The translations under genes and the position numbers were made by a program. 64,000 bases of DNA from the human T2T-CHM13v2.0 reference genome, Homo sapiens: NCBI RefSeq assembly GCF_009914755.1, contig NC_060931.1. One strand, given 5' to 3'. Shown here piece after piece: positions 41,631-58,715 of the stretch (its first letter is position 1; the number at the start of each line of letters is the position of its first letter). Under the pieces are notes generated by a model. It made no database searches. It was given only the letters and a program-made list of their open reading frames with translations, and was not told the DNA's origin.

Positions 41631-42824
41631 TCAAAAAGGAACGTGTCATTGTTTTGTGCCCTTTCTCTCCAATAAGCACTTAAAGGGCACAGTCCATGTT
41701 TTTTAATGTCTGCTATATCATCATATAAACAGCTTGTTTTATTTTATTTTTTTTTGAGACAGGTCTCACTCTGTCATCCAGGCTGGAGTGCCATTGTGTG
41801 ATCATGGCTTACTGCGGCCTTGACCTCCCGGGCTCAAGCAATCCTCCTACCTTAGCTGGAACCATAGTTGTGCGCAACTGTGCCTGGCTAAATTTTTTTT
41901 GTTTTGTTTGAGATGGAGTCTCACTCTGTGAGCCACTGCACCCGGCCTTATTAAATTTTTTTTTTTTTTGGTAAAAACAGGGTCTTCCTATGTTGCCCAG
42001 GCTGGTCTTGAACTCCTGGGCTCAAACGATCCTTCGACCTCAGCCTCCCAAAGTGCTGACATTATAGGTGTGGGTAAGCCACCACACATGGCCTATGCAG
42101 CTTGTTTTAGAAGTTTTCAAAAATTAGCATTATTATTTATGTTTCAAGATCTGATCCTACGGGTCTTAAACAGAATCCCCAAATCAGTGAGACTGGTATA
42201 GTGCTGAATAGTGTGTATGTATCTCTAAGACTTACAAGAGAATGATTTATAATTACATCAACTTAGTAATTGACCATAAGTGATAGCCATATAAAGTAGA
42301 ATATCTTTTTGTTTGTTTCCTTCTTTTTTAAAAAATTTTAAATTTTATTTTGTCTTTACAGAAAGTAGAATGTTTGATCTGGAAGATTCAATTTCTTGTT
42401 AAGTAGATATTCTTAAGAGGCCAAAGCAGTTAGCAGAAGATTCTCTGATGAGCATGGGGAATATTGTATATTAGTATATTATATTTTATTACTTTTTATT
42501 ATCCCTGACAGTCTTAGGCAGTAGAAGTGCCTGGCAAGTCCTGCTCCCAGAGATGATGCTTTGTTTATTCAGCTAATGATGTTCATCGCTTTTAGTCATT
42601 GTTGGATACATGCGGAAGAATGTTTATTTTCTAGCTCAACATTTGTTTTTTTTCTTTAAAGCTTCTAATTTCCATATTGCTATCTGATTTCAACACTGCA
42701 GCACTACAACCATTGGTTTTCTTGCATTTTCCATTCCTAGATAGAACATTCAATGTATTAATAATTTCTCTTGCTATTTCTGTTGGCCACCAGGGTAACA
42801 TTTGTATTTCTATTAATTTTATAA

Positions 42825-43107
<283 letters not shown>

Positions 43108-43523
43108 TAGTTGGGATTACAGGCATATGCCATCACCCCCGGCTAATTTTTTTATTTTTAGTAGAGACGGGGTTTCACCATGTTGACCAGGCTGGTCTCA
43201 AACTCCTGACCTCAGGTGATCCACACACCTCGGCCTCCCAAAGTGCTGGGATTACAGGGGCGAGCCACCACATCTGGCCTATTGTCCTTTTTTTGACCAG
43301 TTACTATGACTCCCTGTCTTCACCCTTCTGATTAATACATTTTAATATTCATATTATATATTTAATTGTTTTGGGTTTTTGAGATAGTTATTCAACACAG
43401 ATATGAGAAAAAGGGATTTTCATTAAAAGCAACTTGGTGGTATTTTCACATTTCAATAGAAAACTAGTTTCATTTTATATCCACTTCTACAGTTCCTCAA
43501 TTACATAAAATTTGGTTGTTGTT

Positions 43524-43735
43524 TTCTTTCTTTCTTTCTCTCTTTTTCTTCCTTCCTTCCTTCCTTCCTTCCTTCCTTTCTTTCCTTCTTTCTTTCTCTC
43601 TCTCTCCTTCTTTTCCTTCCTTCCTTCTCTTTCTTTTCTCTTTTATTCCTTCCCCTCCCCTCCCCTTCCCTCCTCTCCCCTCCCCTCCCCTCCCTTCTCC
43701 CCTTTCCTCCTCTTCTCTTCTTTTTCTTTTCTTTT
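43524..43735. repeat. Compound (CCTT)n/(CTTT)n/(CCCCT)n polypyrimidine tract from an Alu tail
   Basis: About 210 bp of nearly pure pyrimidine adjoining a minus-strand Alu. Confidence 0.92.
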
Positions 43736-44441
43736 CACAGGATCTTGCTCTGTCCCCTAGGCTGGAGTGCAGTGGCGCACTCCTGGCTCAGTGCAGCATT
43801 GACCTCCTGAGCTCAAGTGATCCTACCACCTCAGCGTCCTAAGTAGCTGGGAATACAGGCGTGTGCTACCACACCTGGCTAATTTTTTCATTGTTTGTAG
43901 AGACAGGGTTTCACCATGTTGCCTAGGCTGTTCTCAAACTCCTGGCCTCAAGTGATCCACCCACCTTGGCCTCCCAAAGTGTTGGGATTACCAGCATGAG
44001 CCACCGGATCTGGCCTGGTTGTAGTTTTCTGATTTACTATTAGATGAGATTATTTTTATTTGTGTAACCAAAGAGCATATTATATTTATGTATACTCTTC
44101 TTTTTGTAGAGTTAGCCAGTCAGTGGGTGTATCTGTGTGCCTGCAGGGCCAGGCAGGGAACCTAAGTGAGGAAAGTGAGCAGGGAAGTGAGCAAGGATGC
44201 AGCTGAAATTTCAGCATTGTCTCCACTAGGGGACACGAGGCCAGGGCTGTTGGTCTTTTGTTCACTGCTGTGTCTGCTCTGCACAGAGCAGTGTCTGTGA
44301 CATAGTTGGTGCTCATTAAATATTTGTTGAATGAATGAGTGTGTCAAAAGGTCATCTAAGAAAGGCAGTGTGAATTTTTAAAGATTTCCAGATTTTGAAA
44401 TCATGGCAGCTAGTTAAAAATTTTAAGAATTGTGCAGGTCA

Positions 44442-44904
44442 CGTATGTTTATTGCGGCACTGTTCACAATAGCAAAGACTTGGAACCAACCCAAATGTCC
44501 AACAATGATAGACTGGATTAAGAAAATGTGGCACATATACACCATGGAATACTATGCAGCCATAAAAAATGATGAGTTCATGTCCTTCGTAGGGACATGG
44601 ATGAAGCTGGAAACCATCATTCTCAGCAAACTATCACAAGGACAAAAAACCAAACACTGCATGTTCTCACTCATAGGTGGGAATTGAACAATGAGAACAC
44701 ATGGACACAGGAAGGGGAATATCACACACCGGGGCCTGTCGTGGGGTGTGGGGAGTGGGGAGGGATAGCATTAGGAGATATACCTAATGTTAAATGATGA
44801 GTTAATGGGTGCAGCACACCAACATGGCTTATGTATACATATGTAACAAACCTGCACGTTGTGCACATGTACCCTAAAACTTAAAGTATAATAATAAAAA
44901 AAAA
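44442..44904 (+). mobile_element. 5'-truncated L1PA (L1PA3-5-like) with ORF2 C-terminus, 3'UTR and poly(A)
   Basis: RMFIAALFTIAKTWNQPKCPTMIDWIKKMW...MFSLIGGN*; ~17-bp TSD AAGAATTGTG(CA/TG)GGTCA at 44425-44441 and 44905-44921. Confidence 0.95.
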
Positions 44905-45589
44905 AAGAATTGTGTGGGTCAAATAAAACATGTCTCCCAAGCTGCAGGTTTTTCCAGTTTATGTCCTTTAACCATACATTTCCTGTCATGTGCCATGGAC
45001 ACAGAGCCTTCTGAAACCCCAGTTAGATCAGGAAAGCCTGTAGGCCTCCAGTTTAGACTCCTGACATTATCTCCACCTGAGATATGAGTGCAAATATCTA
45101 AAATAAACTACTAGCCTGGTGCAGTGGGATCACTTTGGGAGGCCTAGGCGGCTGGGTCACTTGAAGTCAGGATTGAGGTCAGGAGTTCGGAACTAGCCCG
45201 GCCAATATTGTGAAACCCTGTCTCTACTAAAAATAAAAAATTAGTCGGGCATGGTGGTGCACGCCTGTAATCTCAGTTACTATGGAGGCTGATGCAGGAG
45301 ATGTCATTGGTTTATCTCCAGTTAGAACTAATGCTTCTTGGCTGGGTGCGGTGGCTCATACCTGTAATCCCAGCACTTTGGGAGGCTGAGGCGGGTGGAT
45401 CATTTGAAGTCAGGAGTTTGAGATGAGCCTGACCAATATGGTGAAACCCTGTCTCTACTAAAAATACAAAAATTAGCCGGGCATGTTGGCGGGTACCTGT
45501 AATCCCAGCTAGTTTTAGCAATTGATGGTACAGTGAAATTATAGTTCTAGAAGTTGGTAGTACTATTTTTATTTTTATTTTCAAGGTCA

Positions 45590-45781
<192 letters not shown>

Positions 45782-45951
45782 TCAGGTGGCTGAGGCAGGA
45801 GAATTACCCGAACCCAGGAGGTAGAGGTTGCAGTGAGCAGAGATCGTTCCTCTGCACTCCAGCCTGGGCAACAGAGCAAGACTCCATCTCCAAAAAAAAA
45901 AAAAAAAAAAAACAAACCCCAAAGATTAATAGCTCATGTTATTATTTTCAG

Positions 45952-46037
45952 GAGCTGGTGATGATACACGAACTTGGGGGCCACCTTTTGTTGGGACAGA
46001 AAGTACATATTATCTCAGTGTTAACCGAAATAAAAAA
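45952..46037 (+). CDS. SUGCT: SUGCT coding exon 4 (86 nt, phase 1-0)
   Basis: attttcag|GA GCT...AAA AAA|gtaaga; encodes (G)[28 protein letters not shown]. Confidence 0.97.
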
Positions 46038-46537
46038 GTAAGAATATCATCCCTTTTTTGCTTTTTGTGTGTAATTCTCTTATAATAGCAAAACTGTTGA
46101 TATCATTGTGGCTTGTTTTTTTCTTCCTTAAAAAAATTAAGATGTAACTAATATTTCAAATAAATTAAAATTCTATTCATTTACCATTCACTAAGTAGAA
46201 ATAATGGAGCTTTTTACTACTCTTTCTTACCTACTAAGTAACTTAGAACATTTCATAAGAATTTATAATGGAAATAATTTTATGAAATAGAAAAATTATT
46301 TGATTCCTTACATTTGTTATTATTAGGGAATAATTGCCTAACACTCGGTATTATACTTTAAAAACATCTCCTATCATCCTTGTTAGCATATTAATATATC
46401 CTCATGGTAAATAGAATCAGTAAAGATGATTTAAATATTTCTTCATGCATAAAATAAATTTAAGAGGATGATCTATGATATGAATGGCTTTCTTGTCAGC
46501 AATAAGAAGAACTTTCATGGCTGGGCACGGTGGCTCA

Positions 46538-46968
<431 letters not shown>

Positions 46969-47000
46969 TAATATATATATATATATTTTTTAATTTTTAG

Positions 47001-47051
47001 AGTATTGCTGTTAATATCAAGGATCCAAAAGGGGTGAAAATCATCAAAGAG
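47001..47051 (+). CDS. SUGCT: SUGCT coding exon 5 (51 nt, phase 0-0)
   Basis: tttttag|AGT ATT...AAA GAG|gtacag; encodes SIAVNIKDPKGVKIIKE. Confidence 0.96.
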
Positions 47052-47249
47052 GTACAGTATGATGTATAGAAAGCATCCTACCACCTAGGTTATAATTAGG
47101 GTTTGGAATATCAGAGCAAAAGTGTTTTAAAACTCAATTTTATGGGTGATCTGTACGTTTGCAACAAATACCTTTTAAGTATTTACTTTGATTTGTATAC
47201 TTCTTTGTAAGTGTGATGTGCTTTAAATTTTTTGTATATTGTGTATCAT

Positions 47250-48120
<871 letters not shown>

Positions 48121-48203
48121 ATGTTCCTGATGTTGGATTCATCATGTGGGATAAACCTTGTTTGCCATCCTTGTTAAGGTTTAAGTTGAATCTAATGGTT
48201 GTA

Positions 48204-48442
48204 TAGTATTCTTCTGTATTCAGGGGATTGGTTCTACTAGAACCTCCACATATACCAAAATCTGTGCATACTCAAGTCCTGCAGTCGGCCCTGTGGAACC
48301 TGCTTATACAAAAAATTGCCTGTCAGGGTACATGGGTTTTGCATCCAGTGAATACTGCATTTTCCATCCACGTTTGGTTGAAAAGAATCCACCTAGGGGT
48401 GGACTTGCACAGTTCAAACCCCTGTTGTTCAAGGGCCAACTG
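48204..48442 (+). mobile_element. MER8 (Tigger2-derived MITE)
   Basis: 239 bp flanked by TA; ATACCAAAATCTGTGCATACTCAAGTCCTGCAGTCGGCCCTG...TTCAAGGGCCAACTG. Confidence 0.8.
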
Positions 48443-48449
48443 TACTTAG

Positions 48450-48605
<156 letters not shown>

Positions 48606-49303
48606 TGAGTCCACAGGTATGTGCCACCATGCCCGGCTAATTTTTATATTTTTAGTAGAGATGGGGTTTCACCATATTGGTCAGTCTAGTCTCAAACTCC
48701 TAACCTCAGGTGATCCACCCGCCTCGGCCTCTCAAAGTGCTGGGATTACAGGCGTGAGCTACCGCGCCTGGCCTCAAACTTTATTTTTTACCAAAACATT
48801 AACTTAGCTTCAATTGCTCTGCTGCTGCTTTATGTTCTCTGTCTCAGTTATTGAAAGATAATCTTTAATTATTAAGATCAGAATCAGGGACCATTCTTTT
48901 TAGTTCTGCTGGATCAATGCAGCCAATTTAGAATTTTCGTTAACTAGATATATTTTGAACCCAAAACTTGAAAATCATCCTGATCTTACCACTCTTTCTT
49001 CCCATATCTTTCCTGTAGCATAACTTAGGTTTGTTTCTGTTTTTCTTTTGAAACTTGGTTTGATTTTTCTAAATTGTTTTCCTGGCCTCAAGCAATCCGC
49101 ATGCCTCAGCCACCCAAAATGCTGGGATTACAGGTGGGAACCACCATGGCCAGCCAATTGCTTTTAGATAGTTATTACAATTAATAAGTTATGTATCTTA
49201 CTATCTAAAGGAAAAATTATTTTTTCTCTAGTCTTTCATATTTCTGGTACAGATTTCTCTTCTGGCCTTAAGAGTAGCAAAAAATGCCAGGCATGGTGGC
49301 TCA

Positions 49304-49650
<347 letters not shown>

Positions 49651-50034
49651 TTAGTTTATAGAAACAGTTCCAAAGTATTACACAAGGCAATCAGCTGGAT
49701 ACATGAGAGCTTCAAAAAGTATGACTCCTTTGTCAGCTAGGCTAACCAAAAACAGGTTGTGTAAAAACTGAAACTCTGCCTAGAAAACCTATATGAAACT
49801 TAGTATTATTGTGGCAATATGATTTGATAACTTCTGATCATGTCTTATCCAATATTTCAGACAATTTTCTATGTTAATTAGTTGACAGTTACAATATCAT
49901 TATTATGGGCATGTGTTATGGTCAGCAGAGCAATGCATGAGTTTTATTTTCCTATAACATTTTGTTATGAAAAATTAAAACATTCAGAAAAGTTGAAAGA
50001 ATAATGAACTCTCATTTATCCTATGCCTAGATGA

Positions 50035-50308
<274 letters not shown>

Positions 50309-51053
50309 TGAACTCCTGACCTCAGGTAATCTACCTGCCTCAGCCTCCCAAAGAGCTGGGATTGCAGGTATGAGCTACTGTGCCTGGCCAGCCTGCAGTT
50401 TATTTTCTTTAGTGCTTGTAGTAGTGTTTTTTTTTTTTTTTTTGAGACAGTCTCACTCTGTTGCCCAGGCTGGAGTGCAGTAGTGAGAATTTGGCTCACT
50501 GCAGCCTCCACCTTCTGGGCTCAAGCAGTCCTCCTTCTTCAACCTCCTGTGTAGCTGGGACTACAGGCATGTGCCACCATGCCTGGCTAATTTTTAAATT
50601 TTTTGTAGAGACGAAGCCTTGGTATGTTGCCCAGGCATGTCTTGAACTCCTGACCTCAAGTGATCTATCCCCCCGACTCAGCCTCACAAAGTGTTGGGAT
50701 TACAGGTGTGAGCTATTTGGCCTGGCCAATTACTGTGTTTTTTTTTTTTTTTTTTTTTTGAGATGGAGTCTCACTCTGTTGCCCCAGGCTGGAGTGCAGC
50801 AGCACGATCTTGGCTCACTGCACCTCCACCTCCTGGGTTCAAGTGATTCTCCTGCCTCAGCCTCCTGAGTAGCTGAGACTACAGGCACGTGCCACCACGT
50901 CCAGCTAATTTTTGTAGTTTTTGTAGAGACAGGGTTTCGCCATATTGGCCAGGCTGGTCTCGAACTCCTGACCTTAAGTGATCTGCCTACCTAGGCCCCC
51001 CAAAGTGCTGGGATTTACAGGTGTGAGCCACTATGCCCGGCCAATTTATTTAA

Positions 51054-51230
<177 letters not shown>

Positions 51231-52396
51231 TAATTTTAGTAGAGACAGGGTTTTACCATGTTGGCCAGGCTGGTCTTGAACTCCTGACCTCAAATGATCT
51301 GCCCCCCTCGGCCTCCCAAAGTGCTGGGACTATAGGTGTGAGTCACTGCACCTGGCCCTTTAAAAACATTTTTAAAAGTATGTAGTCACAATTGAAATTT
51401 TGGGAAAAAAATTTCCCAATTTTTTGTAAAATTTCTGTAAAATTAAGGTTTACAATGCTGCATTGTCCTCTAATTCCCGTAACAGCGGTCTGGGCATCAC
51501 AATCTGGATTTTGTTCCTGACAGTTCCTGGTTTACTGGGCTATAGTTTAGTAGCCTGAAGAAAAAAAACTCCAGTGGTTCTTAAATACATTTAAAACTCT
51601 TTGGGAAGAATGCATCTGAAAGGTGTGAAAACATTTCAGAATCCTGCTTAAGTGCGTTAAGTGCATGTTATAATGAGGAATATTACATAATAATAGGGAT
51701 GCTGAGTAGTAGAGATATTGTGTTTAGGTCTGTTTTTGGAGACAAGGTCTAACAGTCTCCCAGGCTGGAGTGCAGTGGCGCCATCACGGCTCATTGCAGC
51801 CTCAATTTACCGGCTCAAGTGATCCTCCCACCTGAGCCTCCCGAGCAGCTGGGACCATAGGTATGCACCACCGTGTCTGGCTAATTTTTGTAGAGATGGG
51901 ATTTTGCCATGTTGCCCAGGCTGGTCTTGAACTCCTGATCTTGAACTCCTGGGCTCAAGCAGTCCACCTGCCTTGGCCTCCCAAAGTGCTGAGATTAGAG
52001 GAGTGAACAACCACACCTGGCCTATTTAGTTTTCTTGTAAAGGTTTAAAAAATGTTTTTCATTGATTTAGTGTACTTACATTCTAATTTTTCTACCTAAT
52101 CTTTTGAGAATCTATTTGGACAGACCATGTAGTCTAGATATTTATTACATTTGAAGGATGCAGAATCCATTCTGCATGTACTTACATGTACTTACAAAAA
52201 CTTTAATAGCCATTATTTTACTGACAGTAATGCTTTAAGTAGTTGACTAGAACTTCTATGTTTATCTAATTTGCTTCATCAGTCCTGTGATTTTTCTGAG
52301 CTATTACAAAGGGAGAATCAATTGTGTAAAGTTAAAATTCTATCATGTGGGGATTTGTTGAGTGGAAGTCTGACTCATGTTCACCTCTTCCATCAG

Positions 52397-52517
52397 CTTG
52401 CAGCTGTTTGTGATGTGTTTGTGGAAAACTATGTCCCTGGCAAACTGTCTGCAATGGGCCTGGGATATGAAGATATAGACGAGATTGCTCCTCACATCAT
52501 CTATTGTTCCATCACAG
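52397..52517 (+). CDS. SUGCT: SUGCT coding exon 6 (121 nt, phase 0-1)
   Basis: cttccatcag|CTT GCA...ACA G|gtattt; encodes [40 protein letters not shown](G). Confidence 0.97.
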
Positions 52518-54277
52518 GTATTTCAACCCCACACCCTTGTCAGTTAAAAGGTTTTCCAGTTTCTGTGTTTTCTTATTGCTATAAGAAACCTTTTGCTGGC
52601 TTTTTTTTTTTTTGGAAGTTATTCTGTTTTCCTTTTTCCAAGGCCGTTTAGGTTGCTGAACTTACTTTTTTCTTTTTTCTTTTTTTTTTTTTTTTTTGAG
52701 ACAGAGTCTCGCTCTGTTGCCAGGCTGGAGTGTAGTGGCGCGATCTCGGCTTACTGCAACCTCTGACTCCCTGGTTCAAGCGATTCTTCTGCCTTAGCCT
52801 CCTGAGTAGCTGGGATTACCAGGCACGCGCCACCACGCCCAGCTAATTTTTGTATTTTTAGTAGAGACGGGGTTTCACCATGTTGGCCAGGATGGTCTCA
52901 ATCTCCTGACCTCGTGATCTGCTCTCTTCAGTCTCCCAAAGTGCTGGGATTACAGGCGTGAGCCACCACGTCCGGCCTTGGCTGCTGAACATTATTAAGA
53001 AACATTAACCTAAATGAATATTTTCATAAATTTATTGGCTATTTGTATTTCTTCTTTGAATTGTCTGCCTATAGTTTTGCTAAGTTTTATGTTGATGTTT
53101 TGCAAATGTTTACAAAATACTGTTATTAACTCTTGCATAGGTGAATTTACAGTTGAAAACAATTCTTTTTTTTTTTTTTTTTTTTTTTTGAGACAGAGTC
53201 TCACTCTGTCGCCCAGCCTGGAGTTTAGTGGCATGATCTCGGCTCACTGCACCCTCTGCCCCTAGGTTCAAAGGATTCTCCTGCCTCAGCCTCCTGAGTG
53301 TCTGGGGTTACAGGTGCCTACCACCATGCCTGGCTGATTTTTGTATTTTTAGTAGAGACAGTGTTTCACCATGTTGGCGAGGCTGGTCTCTAAATCCTGA
53401 CCTCAAGTGATCCACCCACCTTGGTCTCCCAAAGTGCTGGGATTAGAGGCATGAGCCATCACTCCTGGCCTACAGTTGAAATGTTAATTGGCTTTAAGAT
53501 AATAACATAGGAACCCAAGGTATCCCTTCAATATATTCAGAAGCACTAAGCCAAAGGAAGGAAAAGAGTGGCATAAAGTCTTCCAATTGTTCAGCCCTTG
53601 CCAGTGAACCTCTTATATATGCATGTATGTGTATGTTTAGGCTAAAGGGAAAAAGTCACGGTGTTACTTAGTTTTCTATATAAGTACTTAACTCTTAATT
53701 AGGGATGCGATAGAGAAAAGTGACTCATAACATAAAATGTTATATTAATAGTTTGCATCAGAAAAATTCATAATATTTTAAGTTTTTACTCAGTCATCCA
53801 CCAAATATTTACTGCAAGCCTTTGATCTTCCAGGCAATAGACTCAGATTCTGGAATACAGGAGTGATAAAAATCCATCTGTGCTCTCTAGAGCATTTATA
53901 TGCTAGGTTAGGGTGATAGATAGTAAATAAATAAGCACTTTTGTTTTTGTTTTTGGTAATTGAGTCTGGTAGTTGGCAAGGGGGTGGGGTGAGGATAAGT
54001 TATTTCAAACTGGTAGGTGAGAGAATGCCCTACCCATATGGTGACATTTGAGTAGAGACCTGCATGGGGTAAAGGAGTGAACCACATAGCTACTGGCGAA
54101 GAGGGTTTTAGGCAGGACAACACCAAGTGCACTAGCCACCACACCCGGGTAATTTTTTGTGTGTTTTTCATAGAGATGAGGTTTTGCCATGTTGGCCAGG
54201 CTGGTCTTGAACTCCTTGCCTTATGTGATTGTGTTATTCTATTCCCAGTTCCACCTGTAATGCAGAGCACATGATAG

Positions 54278-54592
<315 letters not shown>

Positions 54593-55971
54593 TGATGATT
54601 AACTTTTGTACTGAATGACAGGTTCTGTACTTGGTAGATGATTCTTGGCCACTAGATCTCACTTTTTAAAATGTGCTGTTTTATAGATCCATAATCATAT
54701 TTTCATTTTTCTGTCTAAACAATATTTATATGTGTGACAGAGTGAGGGAGAGATTTTTTTCCATCAGAATCTTGTAATCTAATGGAAATGTTGAGGTTTA
54801 AAATCTTAATATAGGTAAATTATCTTCTGAATTATCATATTACCATAAAAACGCTGCATAGCCAACAAATGCAAAATGCTATATGACAATAAGCATTTAT
54901 TTCTGTTTCCCATGTCTGTGGTTGGCTGGGATTCAGTTGATACAGACTGGTTAGGTTTGGCTCCAAGTTGTGCATTGGGGGACTGGTATGCTCTGCATGT
55001 CTGTTATCCTCCTTGGATCAGTGGCCACCAAATGCATCTCCCCTCATAGGGAAAGGTGGAGTGCAAGAGAACAAGCCCATTTTCACCAGTGTGTTTAAAG
55101 CCTGTGCTCCCAATGCATCTGCTAACAAATGGAGTATTTGTCAAAGCAAGTCACATGGCCAAGTCCAATACCAATGGGTGGTGAAATACATTCTGTTTCA
55201 GAGGGAGGAACTACAAAGTCACATGGCATAGGGTGTGGGTTTCGAGCAGGATGACAATTGAGAATAATAATACATTTTATCACATCATCGAGTCAAAAAA
55301 AATGTTAGTCTACTTGGGAAGCCCACACTTCCTAATGATTCACATTTATAACTAACTGGTTAGGGTCAAAAGTTCTTCTGGGCCTTGACTTAATGATTGG
55401 AGAGTCTCTAAGTTTTCTTACAGTTCTCAAATTCTGTATTAAAATTTTAGTGTGGTGAAATGGCATTGGAGATAGATTATATAATTCAGTAGTTCTCAGA
55501 CAAGGAAGAATGGTTCTATCATGTGCTTTTTAGTGATATTATGGAGGAATGAGAGGGTGATAGGCAGATATGTGTAGTCTGAAAACGTACCTCTCATTAT
55601 TCTATAATCTCCTAATTCCCACCTCCTGACAGTTATTAGAATAACATCTATATACTCCGTTCTCCTTTATTTCCTGATAATGAAACAGATCCAGACCTAA
55701 GGTCACACAGCTATTTAATAGCAGATGGGTTTAAAACTCAGGCTTCTTGTCTTAGTAGTAAGTGCCTCTATGCTTTCCATACTTAGACATATCAATAAGT
55801 AATGACAGATTTTGTAATTAGGTGACACTGAACAGTGCTACTTGAGAATAATATATTTTTGCCATTTTCTTTCGCTTGTTAATTTTATTTGCAATAGTGG
55901 AAGTCATGAACAAATTTATTAGTCAGGGAGTCTAAATTTCAACAGATTCTTCTGGAAGCCAAAGTCATTCA

Positions 55972-56151
<180 letters not shown>

Positions 56152-57649
56152 CTACTAAAAATACAAAAATTAGCTGGGTATGGTGGTGGGTGACTGTAAT
56201 CCCAACACTTTGAGAGGCCAAGGCGGGCGGATCACCTGAGGTCAGGAGTTCAAGACCAGCCTGACCAACATGACGAAACCCCGTCTCTACTAAAAATACA
56301 AAAATTAGCTGGGTATGGTGGGTGACTATAATCCCAGCTACTTGGAAGGATGAGGCAGGAGAATTGCATGAACCTGGAGGCAGAGGTTGCAGTGAGCCGA
56401 AATCATGCCATTGCATTCCAGCCTGGGTGACAGAGTGAGACTCCACCTCAAAAAAAAAAAAAGTTTGATTTTCTTGGTAATCAGTGTGTCTGTGTGTGTG
56501 TGTTTTTTTTTTAATAAGACTGATTACATCAGTCTAAAGTTGCACATGTTGTGATTGAGATCCTAGACTTTCCTGATATTTCCCAATGGTATTGCTCTCT
56601 TGTCAGTGCTGTCCAAGCCCAAATAGTTTGTTCTCACTCACATGTTGGCCCTATTGCTGATGAGAGTAATCTTAGAATGGCTGGGAGATTGACTTTAATG
56701 CACTCTGACAGTTGTGTGGTTGAAATTGCCTCAGTCTATGAAATCTGGTCTGCAGGACAAAAATGCTAGAGTGATCACAAGGGAGGAAGGACCTGATTAT
56801 TTTTATTAGCATGGTCCTCTTATCATTTCAGAGGAAGCTGAGTATGCACATTAGGGGGCAGTGTTTAAACAGCTATTATTCACTAGGAATTATTTTTGTG
56901 AAAAGGGCAGTGTTTCCTGTGTACCACTGGGTAGGAAGATTCTCTGAAGGACATATTTATATTTGTGAAGTGACCACTCTATATTTCTCTATACTTTTAG
57001 AAGTACAATGGTATTTCCCCTAACAATTTAATTTTAAGTTGTACCTTCTTTCCCTCGTATCTTCTGAACATGTTATTAATTATAAAAATTTAGCAGTAGG
57101 AATCCTCGCCACTACATTTTAAAATGTTATTTCTCCTGTTCTTGTTAATTTCATTACTCTTTCTTTCTGGAAGGATAAACATTTCATTATATTATTGACT
57201 AGACTGAGTTTGTAGTGGGAACACTGTACATGTCATTTAATGAAGTTTCTTTTTTTTTTTTTTAAAGGAAGAGGGTTTGAAAAGTGCCTTTTTTATTTTT
57301 GTGAATTCCTCAGGGACATTTCCTTAATCTCTATTTATATAGCATTACATAGAGTTAAAATCATACAAAATATATGTGTTTAAAATATGAAGACATACAA
57401 GGTAATGAATAGTACAAAATTCAAGAGAATGATTAACCCTGGGGAGTGGGGAGGTAGGATATGGGACAGGGAAGAGAGAACCACAGAATTTCAATTATAT
57501 TCACAAAATAAACTGACTGGCTGGTACATGAGTATTCGTCATTCTGTATTTTATGATTTAAGTGAGAATAAAAGATTCAGAAATGCCCAAATAGCTCCCC
57601 TCCTTATTTCCTTCCTTTCTTCCCTTTCCTACCCCCAAACAACTATTTC

Positions 57650-58200
57650 TTGATCTTCTGTATATTCCTGGCTGTGTTGAGTGCTCAGGGCAAACAATGT
57701 AGACATTGTCCTTGCATTTTTAAGGAGCTGACAGCCTAGGTCAGAGACATTCTATAAACAAGTTAAAACATATAATAAATACAACATGTATTAGCAAACT
57801 ATACTATTATGAAAGAATGAAATAGTACTGTGGTGGAGATTAACAGAGGAGGGGTTGCATGCTGTAAATGGGCTTGTCAGGGAAGGTTTTTTTTTGAGGG
57901 GGGTAACATTTAAGAGACCTGAAGGATGACAAGGAGCCAGCCATGTAATGAGCAAGGGGAGAAGTGATTGAGGCAGAGAGAATACCATGTGCAAAGGCTC
58001 CGTGGTAGGAAAGATCTAGACGCCTTTAAGGATCTAAGAGAAAGCCGAAGTGTTTGGAACACTAAAAACTGAGAGCAGTATGCTTGAAAAGATACTGCAG
58101 AGGTGTGCAGGGGCCATGACATGCTAGGATGGGTCTGAGCAGTGGAGGGGTAGGATCATAATCTTTAAAAGAAGTAGGATTTTTCAGTAGAATGCAGATT
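57650..58200 (-). mobile_element. L2 fragment; others at ~53790-54110 and ~44200-44345
   Basis: cagggaaggtttt...gaggggggtaacattt..gagacctgaaggatga..aggagccagccatg..gcagagagaataccatgtgcaaaggc is a typical antisense L2 pattern. Confidence 0.7.
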
Positions 58201-58614
58201 AAAAAAAAAGAGGTAGAATTCAATTCCTGGTTGACTGACTTCATTATAGGCATTGGAGATTGAAATGGGGCTCAGGTTTCACAGAGTAGCTATAAAGATA
58301 ATTTTTTAAAGATTATTAAAGGCCCTCATAGTGTTTCAGAGTCAATAGCAGAGAATGGTGAGCCCAAATGGATGAGGCAAATTATTTAGCAACTGCATTC
58401 TACATTCATATCACAGCAACGGGAATACAAAACAAAACACTGCTGCAGTTGGATTCTTACGGCATGAGTTAGTCTGTGTGTGTGTGTTCTTATTTTCGGC
58501 ATATTCACCACATAACTATAGCTTTAAAAAAAGATAGAATAATTAGAATAGGATCTGCAAATCCATACTGCAAATTCATAGATGTTTTGAAGGTGAGAAA
58601 AGACATTAAGACTA

Positions 58615-58715
58615 GAGAGAGGGAAAATAAGAAAGGAAGGAAGAGGGAATGAAGGAAAAAGGAAGGAGGGAATGAAGAAAGGAAGAAGAGAAGGAAGAAT
58701 AAAATAAGAGAGGCA
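58615..58715. repeat. GA-rich (GGAA-like) low-complexity tract
   Basis: Directly visible purine run. Confidence 0.85.

Noticed and set aside
52271-52651. 126-aa ORF as a standalone gene
   Set aside because: Only 52397-52517 is coding (SUGCT exon 6); the flanks are chance intronic read-through beyond canonical splice sites.
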